Positions 18,880-28,669 of a DNA stretch of 64,000 bases are shown piece after piece. The notes under the pieces are model-generated. The model had not been told where the DNA came from. It worked only from the letters and a program-made list of their open reading frames with translations, and did not search any database. Positions within the stretch are counted from its first letter, which is position 1, and every line of letters starts with the position of its first letter. A program made the position numbers and the translations under genes. The DNA comes from Solirubrobacteraceae bacterium (GTDB lineage Bacteria; Actinomycetota; Thermoleophilia; Solirubrobacterales; Solirubrobacteraceae), in contig DASXER010000076.1 in NCBI GenBank assembly GCA_036490015.1, positions 9,480 through 73,479 of the forward strand, given 5' to 3'.

Positions 18880-20514
18880 ATGAACGATACGACCGACGCC
18901 ACAGCGATCCTTGCCCCGATCTGGCGGCGGAAGTGGCTGATTCTTTTGATCGCCGTGCTGGCCGGGGTCGGGTCCTACTTCTACTACCGCGAACAGCCGA
19001 AGGTCTTCCAGTCGCAGACCGAGCTGTATCTGCTCAACGGCAGCGAAGAACAGCAGGGCGAAAAGGGCGCCGTCGGCGGTGGCAAGAGCAAGCTGAACGC
19101 GGCCGCCCAGGCGCAGCTGATCACGACCGTCGTGCGCGAACGCGTGCGCAAGGAGCTGCGCAACGAGGAAACGAAGGTCGCCAAACAGGCGCTCAAGGGC
19201 AAGGTGCGCGTAAAGGCCGGCGAAAAGAGCTCGTTCCTGACGATCACGACCGAAGCTCGCACGGCCGCCGCCTCCTCGCTGTACGCCAACACGCTGGCAC
19301 GTAGCTACATACAGCGCCAGCACACGCAATACATGCGTGGCCTGAGGCGCACGATCACGATCAACAAGCGTCAGTTGCACCGCCTCGAAACGCCGCGAAG
19401 GATCGGCCACGGGAAGGGCGCGTCCACCGGCGTGAGCGCCACCAGCGAGCTCCAGGCCGCCAACCTGAGCACGAAGATCAACCAGCTCGAAGCTCAGCTG
19501 AACGTCAAAGCCGTCTCGCAGATCAACCCGGCCAAGCCGAAAACGGCCAAGCTGCTGCAGCCGAAGCCGCGCAAAAACGCCGAGTTCGGCTTCATCCTCG
19601 GACTGATCCTGAGTGCGATCGCGGTCTTCGTCCTGAGCAGGATCAACCGCCGGCTGCGCACCGTCGGCGACCTCGAATCGGCGCTCGAGCTGCCCGTTCT
19701 GACGGTCCTCCCGCAGGTCAAGACGCCGATCCTCGAGCGCGACGGTGCGCCCGCACCGGCGCGCGCGCTGGTCGAGCCGCTGAGGAAGCTCGACGTCACG
19801 CTGCGCCTGCCCGTGACGGCGAACGGCGGCGGTCCGACCAAGCCGCGCACGGTCCTGTTCCTGAGCCCGGAGACGAGCGAAGGAGCTTCCAGCGTGCTCG
19901 CCGGGCTCGCGCTCATCCAGCGCGAAGCGGGTGAGCAGATCGCCGTCGTCGAGGGCAACCTGCGCCGGCCGTCGCTGTCGAAGCTGCTGCGCCTGGAAGG
20001 AAACCGCGGCCTGCTCGACGTGCTCGCGGGCTCCGTTCCGGTGAGTGCCGTGCTGCAGACCGTCGCGGCACCCAAGCCCGCGGCCGGCGGGGCCGACGGC
20101 GAGACGACAGAGTCGCAGCAGAGCGCCGTCGCGACCGTGCTCGCGCAGCGCGCGGGCGACGTGTCGGTGCTCGCGGTCGCCACGGGCGCGCCCAACCCGC
20201 AGGCGCTGCTCGCCAGCAACGAGATGACGGTCGCGCTGCAGGCGCTCGCACAGCAGAGCGACCGCGTGCTTGTGGACGGCCCCCCGCCGCTGGAAGTCAG
20301 CGACGCGATCCCGCTGCTCTCGGCCGTGGACGGGATCGTGCTGGTCGTCCGCCTCGGCCACGCGCGCGACGCCTCCGCGCGCAGGTTGCGTCAGCTTCTC
20401 GCACGCACGCCCAGTGCGCCGGTGATCGGCGTCGTGGCGAACGGTGCCGCCCGCAAGGAAGTCGAGCGGTACGGGTCTGCCGGCGCCGTGCGCCGGCGAC
20501 TCTTCCGGCGATGA
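18880..20514 (+). CDS. Wzz/Wzc-like polysaccharide co-polymerase with a degenerate tyrosine-kinase (CpsD/CapB) domain
   Basis: IWRRKWLIL-TM, basic extracellular coiled region, PKPRKN-TM, LELPVLTVLP, then a P-loop-like domain with VEGNLRRP, VLVDGPP and DGIVLVVR. Confidence 0.85.
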   Translation: MNDTTDATAILAPIWRRKWLILLIAVLAGVGSYFYYREQPKVFQSQTELYLLNGSEEQQGEKGAVGGGKSKLNAAAQAQLITTVVRERVRKELRNEETKVAKQALKGKVRVKAGEKSSFLTITTEARTAAASSLYANTLARSYIQRQHTQYMRGLRRTITINKRQLHRLETPRRIGHGKGASTGVSATSELQAANLSTKINQLEAQLNVKAVSQINPAKPKTAKLLQPKPRKNAEFGFILGLILSAIAVFVLSRINRRLRTVGDLESALELPVLTVLPQVKTPILERDGAPAPARALVEPLRKLDVTLRLPVTANGGGPTKPRTVLFLSPETSEGASSVLAGLALIQREAGEQIAVVEGNLRRPSLSKLLRLEGNRGLLDVLAGSVPVSAVLQTVAAPKPAAGGADGETTESQQSAVATVLAQRAGDVSVLAVATGAPNPQALLASNEMTVALQALAQQSDRVLVDGPPPLEVSDAIPLLSAVDGIVLVVRLGHARDASARRLRQLLARTPSAPVIGVVANGAARKEVERYGSAGAVRRRLFRR

Positions 20515-22130
20515 GCTGGCAGCCCGCCGGTCTTCCGGGCCGGGTCGGCGGCGGCCATCCCGAGCTGTTCAATCGTCGCTTCTACGACCTGCTGGGCGCC
20601 GCGCTCGCCGGCCTGGTCGCGCTAGCGCTAGCGCTGGTCGTCGCGATCGCCTACCCGAAGCCGAGCTATGCGCTCGTGATCGCCGTGCTCGCGGGCGGGC
20701 TCGCGCTGAGCGCGCTGATCGCGAACCGGCGGCTCGAGTTGAGCGTCGCTTTCCTGGCTGTCTACCTCGGCTGCATCAACGGCCCGATCAAGCTGATCGG
20801 GCACGCCGGCGTGCTGACCGCCGGCCTGCAGGACGTGCTGATCCTGACGGTCTTCTTCTCGGTGCTCGTGCGTCGCGCACGCGAAGGCAAGAAGCTGACG
20901 CTGCCACCGCTCTCGCCGTGGGTGCTGAGCTTCGTGTTCGTCGTCTTGATCGAGGCCTTCAACCCCCGCACTCAGGGTCTGCTCAAGATCGGCGCCGGCT
21001 TCCGCCAACAGTTGCAATGGGTGCCCTTCTTCCTGTTCGGCTACCTGCTGGTGCGCTCCAAGGCCCGCATCCGCACGATGTTCGTGATTCTCGGCGTGGT
21101 CGCGACGCTGAACGGTCTCACCTCGACCTATCAGACCCAGCTGAGCCCGAAGCAGCTCGCGTCGTGGGGGCCGGGGTACGCGAACAAAGTCGAAGGCAAG
21201 AACAAACGCACCTACGGCGGCGGCGAAGGCGTCGCGCACGTGCGCCCACCGGGACTGGGGCAGGAATCCGGGACGGGCGCCGGCTTCGGGCTGATCGCGG
21301 CGGCCGGAACCTTCGCCCTGATCCTGCTGTGGAAACGCCGTCGCTGGCTGGCGATGGTGCTCGCCTTCGGCGCGCTCGCCGCGATCGCGACCGGGCTCGG
21401 CCGATTGCAGGTCGTGGGCGGGGTGATCTCGCTCGTCGCCTTCGCGATGCTCAGCTTGAGCTCGGGACGGCGCGTCGTACGGCTGATGACGATCTTCGTC
21501 GGGCTGCTGGCGGTCGTGGTGACGGTCGGCGCGCTGTTCGTGTCCGCCGTCGGCAGCGGCGTCTTCAAGCGCTACGAAAGCATCTCGCCCGAACGCGTCA
21601 CCTCCTCGGCTACCGGCTACAAGCAGAACGACCTGTCGGCGATTCCGGGGCACCTGAGGGCCGCGCCGTTCGGCTTCGGGCTCGGCACGTCGGGCGCTGC
21701 CGGTGGCTTCGGCGGGCGCGTGACCGAAGAGTTCGAAGGCCACGACGTGAACGCGGAGACGCAGTTCAACTTCCTCTCCAACGAACTCGGCCTACCGGGC
21801 CTGCTCGTGTGGACCGGGCTGATTGTCGCGATCTGCCTGATGGCCGTGCAGCGCATACGCAAGATCCGCGACCCCGAACTCCAGATGCTGCTCGCGGCGG
21901 CGTTCGCGCCCGTTATCGCGCTCGCCGCGATGGCCTACGACGGCCCGATCTCCGGCTCCAGCGCCTCGGGCCCGTACTTCTGGTTCGCGGTCGGCATGGC
22001 TGCGTACTGGTTTCACGGGCCGGGCTGGAAGGTCGCGATGGCCAAGCCCTCGCCTGAGCCCGAGGAGCCGACGAGGATGCTCTCGGGCTCGCTTTCGGGC
22101 CCGCCCTCCGGCACACTGCAACCGGCATGA
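20511..22130 (+). CDS. O-antigen ligase/polymerase-like (Wzy/WaaL) multi-pass membrane protein
   Basis: About 11-12 TMs with two large loops; PFGFGLG...ELGLPGL signature. ATGA overlap with the wzc-like gene. Confidence 0.75.
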   Translation: MSWQPAGLPGRVGGGHPELFNRRFYDLLGAALAGLVALALALVVAIAYPKPSYALVIAVLAGGLALSALIANRRLELSVAFLAVYLGCINGPIKLIGHAGVLTAGLQDVLILTVFFSVLVRRAREGKKLTLPPLSPWVLSFVFVVLIEAFNPRTQGLLKIGAGFRQQLQWVPFFLFGYLLVRSKARIRTMFVILGVVATLNGLTSTYQTQLSPKQLASWGPGYANKVEGKNKRTYGGGEGVAHVRPPGLGQESGTGAGFGLIAAAGTFALILLWKRRRWLAMVLAFGALAAIATGLGRLQVVGGVISLVAFAMLSLSSGRRVVRLMTIFVGLLAVVVTVGALFVSAVGSGVFKRYESISPERVTSSATGYKQNDLSAIPGHLRAAPFGFGLGTSGAAGGFGGRVTEEFEGHDVNAETQFNFLSNELGLPGLLVWTGLIVAICLMAVQRIRKIRDPELQMLLAAAFAPVIALAAMAYDGPISGSSASGPYFWFAVGMAAYWFHGPGWKVAMAKPSPEPEEPTRMLSGSLSGPPSGTLQPA

Positions 22131-23947
22131 GCCCGCCGGCACCCGCACCGCACACGCTCCAGGTCGAGAGCTCGGAATCCTCGACCTTCAAGCGCCTCGA
22201 TCTGCTGATCGGCGACAAGCGCCCGGTGGTCGCATTGCTGGCCGGGATCTCGGTCGTCAACGCCACCTGCGAAGCGATCTTCCTCGCCAGCATCGCCCAG
22301 GTCGCGGCTTCGCTGGTCGGCCGCCACCACGGCAAGAACATCGGCTTCCACCGCGGCCCGATCAACATCGACTCGCCGCCGCACACGATCCTGCTCGTGG
22401 CGGGCGCGCTGGCGCTGATCCGACTGCTGTTGCAGTGGCCGCTGTCCTCGCTGCCGGCACGCATCTCCGCCGACGTGCAGGCGGGGCTGCGCAAGCGCCT
22501 GTTCCGCGCCTACGTGCACGCCTCCTGGGAGATCCAGTCGCGCGACCGTGAGGGAACGCTGCAGGAGACCATGTCCAGCCAGGCCACACAAGCCACCGGC
22601 GGCGCGCTGCAGGCGACGACGCTGATCACCGCTTCGCTGAACTTCCTGATCGTGATGGTGTTCGCGGTCCTGCTCAACCCGCTCGCGGCGGCGCTCGTGA
22701 TGGTGCTCGCGATCGTGACGTTCATGATCCTCAAGCCGATGCGCGCGCTCGGCGCGAAGCGCGCACGAGAACTGTCGGCTTCACAGGTGCGCTACGCGGG
22801 CGGTGTCGCCGAGGCCAACCGGGCCGCGGAAGAGACGCATGTGTTCGGCGTCGGCGACGCTCAGCTCGCGCGCATCTCCGAGTTCATCGACGTGACCCGC
22901 GACCGCTTCTACCGCTCCTCGATGCTGCTCAAACTCGTGCCGAACGTCTACCAGAGCATGATCTACCTGCTGCTCGTGGCGACGATGTTCGTGATCGACC
23001 AGCAGACGACCTCGAACGGCGGCTCGATCGGCGCCGTCGTGCTGCTGCTGGTGCGCGGCGCGCAGACCGGCGGCTCGATCCAGGCCACCTACCAGGGTCT
23101 GCAGCAGTCGCTGCCGTTCATCGACCGGCTGGAGAACACCGGCAAGCGCTACAGCGACAACAAGGTGCGCGAGGGCGGGAGCGAGCTGGTGACGATCTCG
23201 AGTCTCGGCTTCGAAAACGTGTCGTTCGAGTACAACCCCGGTCGCCCGGTGCTCGAGGGGGTCACTTTCGAGGTCGCCGAGGGCGAAGCGATCGGCATCG
23301 TTGGTCCCTCAGGGGCGGGCAAGTCGACGCTCGTGCAGCTGCTGCTGCAACTGCGCCCGCCCGGGACCGGGCGCTACCTCGTTAACCGCGAGCCACTCGA
23401 GGACTTCAGGCGCGACGACTGGTACCGGCTGATCGCCTACGTGCCCCAGGAACCACGCCTGCTGCACGCGACCGTCGCCGACAACATCCGCTTCTACCGC
23501 GAGATATCCGAAGAGGAAGTCGAACGTGCGGCGAAGCTGGCTCGCATCCATGACGACATCACGACCTGGTCCAGCGGCTATCAAACCGTCGTCGGCCCGC
23601 GCGCCGACGCCGTCTCGGGCGGCCAGCAGCAGCGCATCTGTCTCGCTCGCGCGCTCGCGGGACACCCCCGCGTGCTGGTGCTCGACGAGCCTACGAGCGC
23701 GCTCGACCCGAACTCCGAGTCGCTGATCCAGGAGTCGCTCACGTCGCTGCGTTCGGAGCTGACGATGTTTACCGTCGCGCATCGCATCTCGACGCTCGAC
23801 ATCTGCGACCGCGTGATGGTGATCCTCGACGGCCGGCTGGTCGCGTTCGACACGCGCGCCCAGCTGAAGCAGAGCAACGACTACTACCGCAGGGCCTCGA
23901 CAATCGCGGCCGGCGCGCCTGACGGCCTGCTGCCCGAGCTACGCTGA
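22127..23947 (+). CDS. ABC exporter, fused TMD-NBD (MsbA/PglK/HepA-like); probable lipid-linked oligosaccharide flippase
   Basis: GPSGAGKST (Walker A), YVPQE (Q-loop), VSGGQQQRICLARAL, VLDEPTSALD and VAHR. Confidence 0.9.
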   Translation: MSPPAPAPHTLQVESSESSTFKRLDLLIGDKRPVVALLAGISVVNATCEAIFLASIAQVAASLVGRHHGKNIGFHRGPINIDSPPHTILLVAGALALIRLLLQWPLSSLPARISADVQAGLRKRLFRAYVHASWEIQSRDREGTLQETMSSQATQATGGALQATTLITASLNFLIVMVFAVLLNPLAAALVMVLAIVTFMILKPMRALGAKRARELSASQVRYAGGVAEANRAAEETHVFGVGDAQLARISEFIDVTRDRFYRSSMLLKLVPNVYQSMIYLLLVATMFVIDQQTTSNGGSIGAVVLLLVRGAQTGGSIQATYQGLQQSLPFIDRLENTGKRYSDNKVREGGSELVTISSLGFENVSFEYNPGRPVLEGVTFEVAEGEAIGIVGPSGAGKSTLVQLLLQLRPPGTGRYLVNREPLEDFRRDDWYRLIAYVPQEPRLLHATVADNIRFYREISEEEVERAAKLARIHDDITTWSSGYQTVVGPRADAVSGGQQQRICLARALAGHPRVLVLDEPTSALDPNSESLIQESLTSLRSELTMFTVAHRISTLDICDRVMVILDGRLVAFDTRAQLKQSNDYYRRASTIAAGAPDGLLPELR

Positions 23948-23951
23948 CCCA

Positions 23952-24968
23952 GTGCCAGAGGAGACGGCAGTGACGAGCGTGGGGGGCTCTGCCAGTCGGA
24001 TCGAAAGCGAGCGTGCGAGCGCCGGTCGCATCCCCGACTTCTTTCTCGTCGGCCACGCCAAGAGCGGCACGACGGCCCTGTACGAGATGCTCGGCCGCCA
24101 CCCGCAGATCTTCATGCCACAGAGCAAGGAGCCATGGTTCCTGGCCGACGAGCTGCTCGAACGCGCGCCGCCAAGACCCGAGGGCACGCCCTCGACGCTG
24201 GCCGAGTACGAGGCCTTGTTCAGCGACGCGAAGCCCAACCAACTCGTGGGCGAGGCCTCGGCTTTGTACCTGTGGTCGCGCACGGCGCCCGCGCGCATCG
24301 CCGAGCTGGCGCCCGAGGCGCGCATCGTCGCGATCCTGCGCGAGCCGACGAGCTTCCTGCGCTCGCTGCACATGCAGTTCGTCGAGAGCTATGTCGAGAC
24401 CCAGGCCGATCTGCGCCAGGCGCTCGCGCTGGAGCCGGCCCGTAGGCGCGGCGAGCAGATCCCGCGCCACACCTACTGGCCGAAGGCGCTCCTGTACTCC
24501 GAGCACACCCGCTACGTCGAGCTGTTGCGCCGCTACCACGAGCGCTTTGCCCCCGAGCAAGTGCTGGTGCTGATCTACGACGACTTCCGCGCCGACAACA
24601 CTGCCACCGTCAAACGCGTGCTGCGCTTCCTCGACGTCGACGACGGCGTCGACGTCGAACCGCGCGAGGCGAACCCGAGCGTCGGCGTGCGCTCCGGCGT
24701 CGCCCACCGCGCGCTGCACGCGCTCTCCGTTGGACACGGGCCCGGCTCGCGCACCCTGAAGCGCGCGATCAAGACGGTCGTGCCGCGCCAGGCACGCCGA
24801 CGGCTGGTGCGCACGACGAAGGAGAAGCTCGTGTACGTGCCGCCGGCGCCGCCGGACGAGCAGCTGATGGCCGAGCTGCGCGGCCAGCTGAAGGGCGAGG
24901 TGCAGGCGCTGAGCGAGTATCTGGACCGCGATCTCGTCGCGCTGTGGGGCTATGACGACGTCCAGTGA
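23952..24968 (+). CDS. PAPS-dependent sulfotransferase (type A, paralog 1)
   Basis: PDFFLVGHAKSGTTALY (5'-PSB loop), HPQIFMP..KEP, GEASALY, ILREP, VLIYDDF, C-terminal LWGY. Confidence 0.9.
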   Translation: MPEETAVTSVGGSASRIESERASAGRIPDFFLVGHAKSGTTALYEMLGRHPQIFMPQSKEPWFLADELLERAPPRPEGTPSTLAEYEALFSDAKPNQLVGEASALYLWSRTAPARIAELAPEARIVAILREPTSFLRSLHMQFVESYVETQADLRQALALEPARRRGEQIPRHTYWPKALLYSEHTRYVELLRRYHERFAPEQVLVLIYDDFRADNTATVKRVLRFLDVDDGVDVEPREANPSVGVRSGVAHRALHALSVGHGPGSRTLKRAIKTVVPRQARRRLVRTTKEKLVYVPPAPPDEQLMAELRGQLKGEVQALSEYLDRDLVALWGYDDVQ

Positions 24969-25938
24969 GGCGGCGGCGCCCGAAGACGTGCGCCTGCCGG
25001 ACTTCTTCATCGCCGGGCACGCCAAGAGCGGCACGACGGCGCTGTACGAGATGCTGCGCCGTCACCCGCAGATCTTCATGCCCGACGCGAAGGAGCCGTG
25101 GTTCTTCGCGTCTGACATGCGTCCCCGCTTCGAACCGCGCATCGGCGGCCCCGCGCCCGAGACGCTGGAGGAGTATGCGCGGCTGTTCGAGCCGGCGTCG
25201 CCAGCACAGCGTGCCGGGGAGGCCTCCTCGTCCTATCTCTGGTCGCGTACGGCGGCGGCCGCGATCGCGCAGGTGCGGCCCGACGCGCGCATCATCGCGA
25301 TCCTACGCGAGCCGGCGAGCTTCCTGCGCTCACTTCACCTGCAGCTGCTGCAGACGCACGTCGAGAGCGCCAAGACCCTGCGCGGCGCGCTCGAGCTGGA
25401 AGCCGAGCGGCGCGAGGGACGCAGCATCCCGCCGCGCTCGCACCGTCCGCAGCTGCTCCAGTACACGGATCACGTGCGCTATGTCGAGCAGCTACGTCGC
25501 TACCACGAGCTGTTCGCCCCGGAGCAGGTGCTGGTGCTGATCTACGAGGAGTTCCTGGCCGACAACGAGGGCACCGTCAGGCAGGTCTTCCGCTTCCTCG
25601 ACGTCGACGACGGCTTCGAGGTCGAGCGCCTGCAAGCGAACCCGACCGTGCAGATGCGCTCGCAGCGTCTCGACGGGGTCGTGCACTCGCTCTCCACCGG
25701 GCGCGGCGGGCCGCTCACGAAGGCCGCCAAGCAGGCGATCAAGGCGCTCACACCGGCGCGGCTCAGGCGCGACGCGCTCGGGCTCACACAGCGACGCATC
25801 GTGCACGGTCGCCCCGAGCAGCCCGACGCGGCGCTGATGGCCGAGCTGCGCGTGCGCTTCCGCGGCGAGGTCGAGGCGCTCGGGGAGTACCTGGGCCGTG
25901 ACATGCTCGCGCTGTGGGGTTATGACCGCGAGCCCTGA
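24952..25938 (+). CDS. PAPS-dependent sulfotransferase (type A, paralog 2)
   Basis: PDFFIAGHAKSGTTALY, GEASSSY, ILREPASFLRS and LWGY. Confidence 0.9.
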   Translation: MTTSSEAAAPEDVRLPDFFIAGHAKSGTTALYEMLRRHPQIFMPDAKEPWFFASDMRPRFEPRIGGPAPETLEEYARLFEPASPAQRAGEASSSYLWSRTAAAAIAQVRPDARIIAILREPASFLRSLHLQLLQTHVESAKTLRGALELEAERREGRSIPPRSHRPQLLQYTDHVRYVEQLRRYHELFAPEQVLVLIYEEFLADNEGTVRQVFRFLDVDDGFEVERLQANPTVQMRSQRLDGVVHSLSTGRGGPLTKAAKQAIKALTPARLRRDALGLTQRRIVHGRPEQPDAALMAELRVRFRGEVEALGEYLGRDMLALWGYDREP

Positions 25939-26869
25939 GCCCGACGGCGCCGCCCGCGAGCGCCGCGCGCCGGACTTCTACATCGTCGGCCATCACAAGA
26001 GCGGCACTACGGCGCTGTACGAGATGCTGCGCCGCCACCCGCAGATCTTCATGCCGGCGCTGAAGGAGCCGCGCTACTTCGCGACCGACCTGCGCGCGCT
26101 CGTGCCCTCGACGCCGCAGCAGCCCGAGACGCTGGAGCAGTACCTGGTCCTGTTCGACGAGGCGCGCCCCGGGCAGGTCACCGGCGAGGCATCGCCGGGA
26201 TACCTGCGCTCGCACGTCGCGGCGCGCGAGATCGCCGCGCAGCGCCCCGACGCGCGCATCATCGCGATCCTGCGCGAGCCGGCGTCGTTCGTACGCTCGC
26301 TGCACCTGCAGATGGTCCAAGAACACGTCGAGACCGAGCAAGACCTGGGCCGTGCCTTCGCCAAAGAGCAGCTCGAACGCGCGGGGCGGCAGGTGCGGCG
26401 CTACTCCGATCACGTCCACTACTCAGAGCAGCTCAGTCGCTACGAGGCGGTCTTCCCGCGCGAGCAGATGCTGGTGCTGATCTACGACGACTTCCGCTCC
26501 GAGAACGAGGCCACGGTCAAGCGCGTGCTGCGCTTCCTCGGCGTCGACGACGGCGCGCCGATCGAGGTCGTGGAGGCGAACCCGACCGTGCGTGTGCGCT
26601 CGATGCGGCTCGACTCGCTCGCGCGCAAGCTGTACGGCGGGCGCACGCCGGCGTCGCGTACGGCGCGGGCGCTGGCCAGCCGGTTGCCGGCGTCGATCAG
26701 GCGCGGCGCGCTGCAGGGCCTGCGCCGCGGCGTCGTCTACGGGCGCCCCGACGAGTTCGACCCGGGCTTGGAGCGTGAGCTGAAGCGGCGCTTCAGGGCG
26801 GAGGTCGAGGCGCTGAGCGGTCACCTCGACCGCGACCTGCTCACGCTGTGGGGCTACCGCGACCTCTGA
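25922..26869 (+). CDS. PAPS-dependent sulfotransferase (type A, paralog 3)
   Basis: PDFYIVGHHKSGTTALY, GEASPGY and ILREPASFVRS. The ATG at 25922 gives the same 17-nt overlap as paralogs 1 and 2. Confidence 0.9.
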   Translation: MTASPEPDGAARERRAPDFYIVGHHKSGTTALYEMLRRHPQIFMPALKEPRYFATDLRALVPSTPQQPETLEQYLVLFDEARPGQVTGEASPGYLRSHVAAREIAAQRPDARIIAILREPASFVRSLHLQMVQEHVETEQDLGRAFAKEQLERAGRQVRRYSDHVHYSEQLSRYEAVFPREQMLVLIYDDFRSENEATVKRVLRFLGVDDGAPIEVVEANPTVRVRSMRLDSLARKLYGGRTPASRTARALASRLPASIRRGALQGLRRGVVYGRPDEFDPGLERELKRRFRAEVEALSGHLDRDLLTLWGYRDL

Positions 26870-26873
26870 GACT

Positions 26874-26911
26874 CAGCAGCAGCAGCAGGAGAGCAGCGGA
26901 GGCAGCAGCAG
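26874..26911. repeat. Short imperfect CAG/AGC trinucleotide tract between convergent genes
   Basis: (CAG)5 GAGAGCAGCGGAGG (CAG)3. Confidence 0.6.
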
Positions 26912-26916
26912 TGCGT

Positions 26917-27648
26917 TCAGCGCGGCCGCGCGATCCAGTTGACTACGTGCGCGTGCTCGGCGAGCCGATCGGCCCCCACCGGGCCCGAGCCGGTCGCGGT
27001 GAAGACCTCGTAGCCGCTCTCGCCGAGCAGCTCCCACAGCTCGGCCGAGCTCGTGCCGTACACGGCGGCCGTGCTGGGCACGTGCTCCAGTATCAGCAGC
27101 GGCCGCACGCGCGCGAGCGTCTCGCGCCCGCCGCGCAGCACCTCCAGCTCGGCGCCCTCGACGTCGATCTTCACGACCGCCGGCTCGAGCGCGCTCATCT
27201 CGATGTCGAGCGTCGAGACCTCGACCTCGATGTACTCGGGCTTGCCGCGCGCGTCGCTGATCTCCGGGTTGCGACGCAGCCCGCTCCAGCCGTCCAACTC
27301 CTGGAAGTGGCAGAAGGTCGCTTTGCCGGCGCTTTCGCCGAGCGCCTTCGCGCGGCGGTCGACGGTCGGGAAGCGTCCCGCCAGCTCGTCGGCGAGCGCG
27401 GGGATCGGCTCGAAGGCGACGTGACGCCCGCGCGGCGCGATGCGGACGGCGTGGGCGAGCACCTGGCCGCGGTTGGAGCCGACGTCGACGTAGACGGCGT
27501 CGGCAGCGAGGCTCGCGACGAGCGCCGCCTCGATGCCGATCTCCTCGTGTTCGGCTTGGCGCACGTGGCCGTAGAAGGCCGACATCAGCTCGGGGCGATC
27601 CAGGCGCCGCGAGACGCCTCCCAGCACGCGGTAGGCGAGCGCCTTCAT
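26917..27648 (-). CDS. FkbM-family methyltransferase
   Basis: YVDVGSNRG, VAFEP, ALG, VVKIDVEGAELEVLRG and RPLLILE. Confidence 0.9.
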   Translation of the reverse strand: MKALAYRVLGGVSRRLDRPELMSAFYGHVRQAEHEEIGIEAALVASLAADAVYVDVGSNRGQVLAHAVRIAPRGRHVAFEPIPALADELAGRFPTVDRRAKALGESAGKATFCHFQELDGWSGLRRNPEISDARGKPEYIEVEVSTLDIEMSALEPAVVKIDVEGAELEVLRGGRETLARVRPLLILEHVPSTAAVYGTSSAELWELLGESGYEVFTATGSGPVGADRLAEHAHVVNWIARPR

Positions 27649-28610
27649 GCGGCGGCGCTCCTAGCCCTCGGGCCGAGCAGCGAGAACACGAGCGTCCATG
27701 GCGCTTGCATGACGCTCGTCAGCAGCGCGGTCATGCCGCTGCCGCTGCTGCTATTCCTGCCACCCTGCCTGCCGCTTGCGCTGCCACCGCCGCTGTGAGC
27801 CGGTCTCGCGCCGCGCTCTAGCGAGACGACCTCGGCGTTGATCAGTCGGTTGCCCATCAGCGGCACGCCGACGCGTAGCTTGCCCAGGTCGGGCAACTCG
27901 GGACTCGCATGTGTCTGGGCAAGGATCGTGCCGAGCACCTCCTCGGGTCGTGCGAGGAAGTCCTCGTGGCGCACGAGCAGACGGCGCTCGCGCGGCTGGC
28001 GCAGGAAGGTCGCGACCGACAGCAGATGCGTTAGCCACAGGTACAGGTTGGTCGTCAGCGTGCCGAACCTGCGCTCGGCCGCGTCGGTGCGCGCGAACGA
28101 GGCAACGACACCGCGCGGGTCGCGCACGAGCAGCAGCAGGTACAGCTCGATGCCGTCGAGCGCTTGCAGCTCGCGCGCGCGCAACGGGTAGTGCCCGGTG
28201 TCGACGACGTGGCTGGCACCCGCGACCTCGGCGATCGCACGGTAGAGCGCTTCGTTGACCGCGCGGTAGCGTGCGCGCATCGCGCGGGCGCGCAGCCAGC
28301 GGCGTGGGCGCAGCAGCGCCGAGGAACGCTCGAGGTAGCGGTGGGTGCGCATCGCGAACAGCTCCTGCGCACCGTCGACGCGTGCGAGGACCTGGCTCCA
28401 GAAGCGCTCGATCTGCTCGCCTTCGAGCTTCGGCACGCCTTTGCGCAGGGGCCACTTGTCGAGCTCGCCTGCGAACACGACGCGTTCGCAGTTGCCAAGC
28501 GTTACGCCGAGGATCGTGCTTCCGCTGCGCCCGGCGCCCATCACGTAGAGGACCTTCGGGACCTCTGTCGCCGCCTCTTCGGAAGGCGAGGGCTGGGGCG
28601 GCGCGGCCAT
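27645..28610 (-). CDS. PAPS-dependent sulfotransferase (type B, paralog 1)
   Basis: VLYVMGAGRSGSTILG, AGEL, VVDT, LVRDPRGVVAS and VRHEDF..PEEVL. TAGGCT 8 nt before the ATG at 28610. Confidence 0.85.
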   Translation of the reverse strand: MAAPPQPSPSEEAATEVPKVLYVMGAGRSGSTILGVTLGNCERVVFAGELDKWPLRKGVPKLEGEQIERFWSQVLARVDGAQELFAMRTHRYLERSSALLRPRRWLRARAMRARYRAVNEALYRAIAEVAGASHVVDTGHYPLRARELQALDGIELYLLLLVRDPRGVVASFARTDAAERRFGTLTTNLYLWLTHLLSVATFLRQPRERRLLVRHEDFLARPEEVLGTILAQTHASPELPDLGKLRVGVPLMGNRLINAEVVSLERGARPAHSGGGSASGRQGGRNSSSGSGMTALLTSVMQAPWTLVFSLLGPRARSAAA

Positions 28611-28669
28611 CCGGCCGGAGCCTAGCGGATACCCCTGGGGCCTCAGAGTTGATGTATCGTCAGCCGTAG

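Noticed and set aside
22127-26869. RaxST/RaxX-like sulfated-peptide (RiPP) system
   Set aside because: The ABC exporter lacks a C39 peptidase domain, I saw no short Tyr-containing precursor, and the context is dominated by glycosyltransferases.
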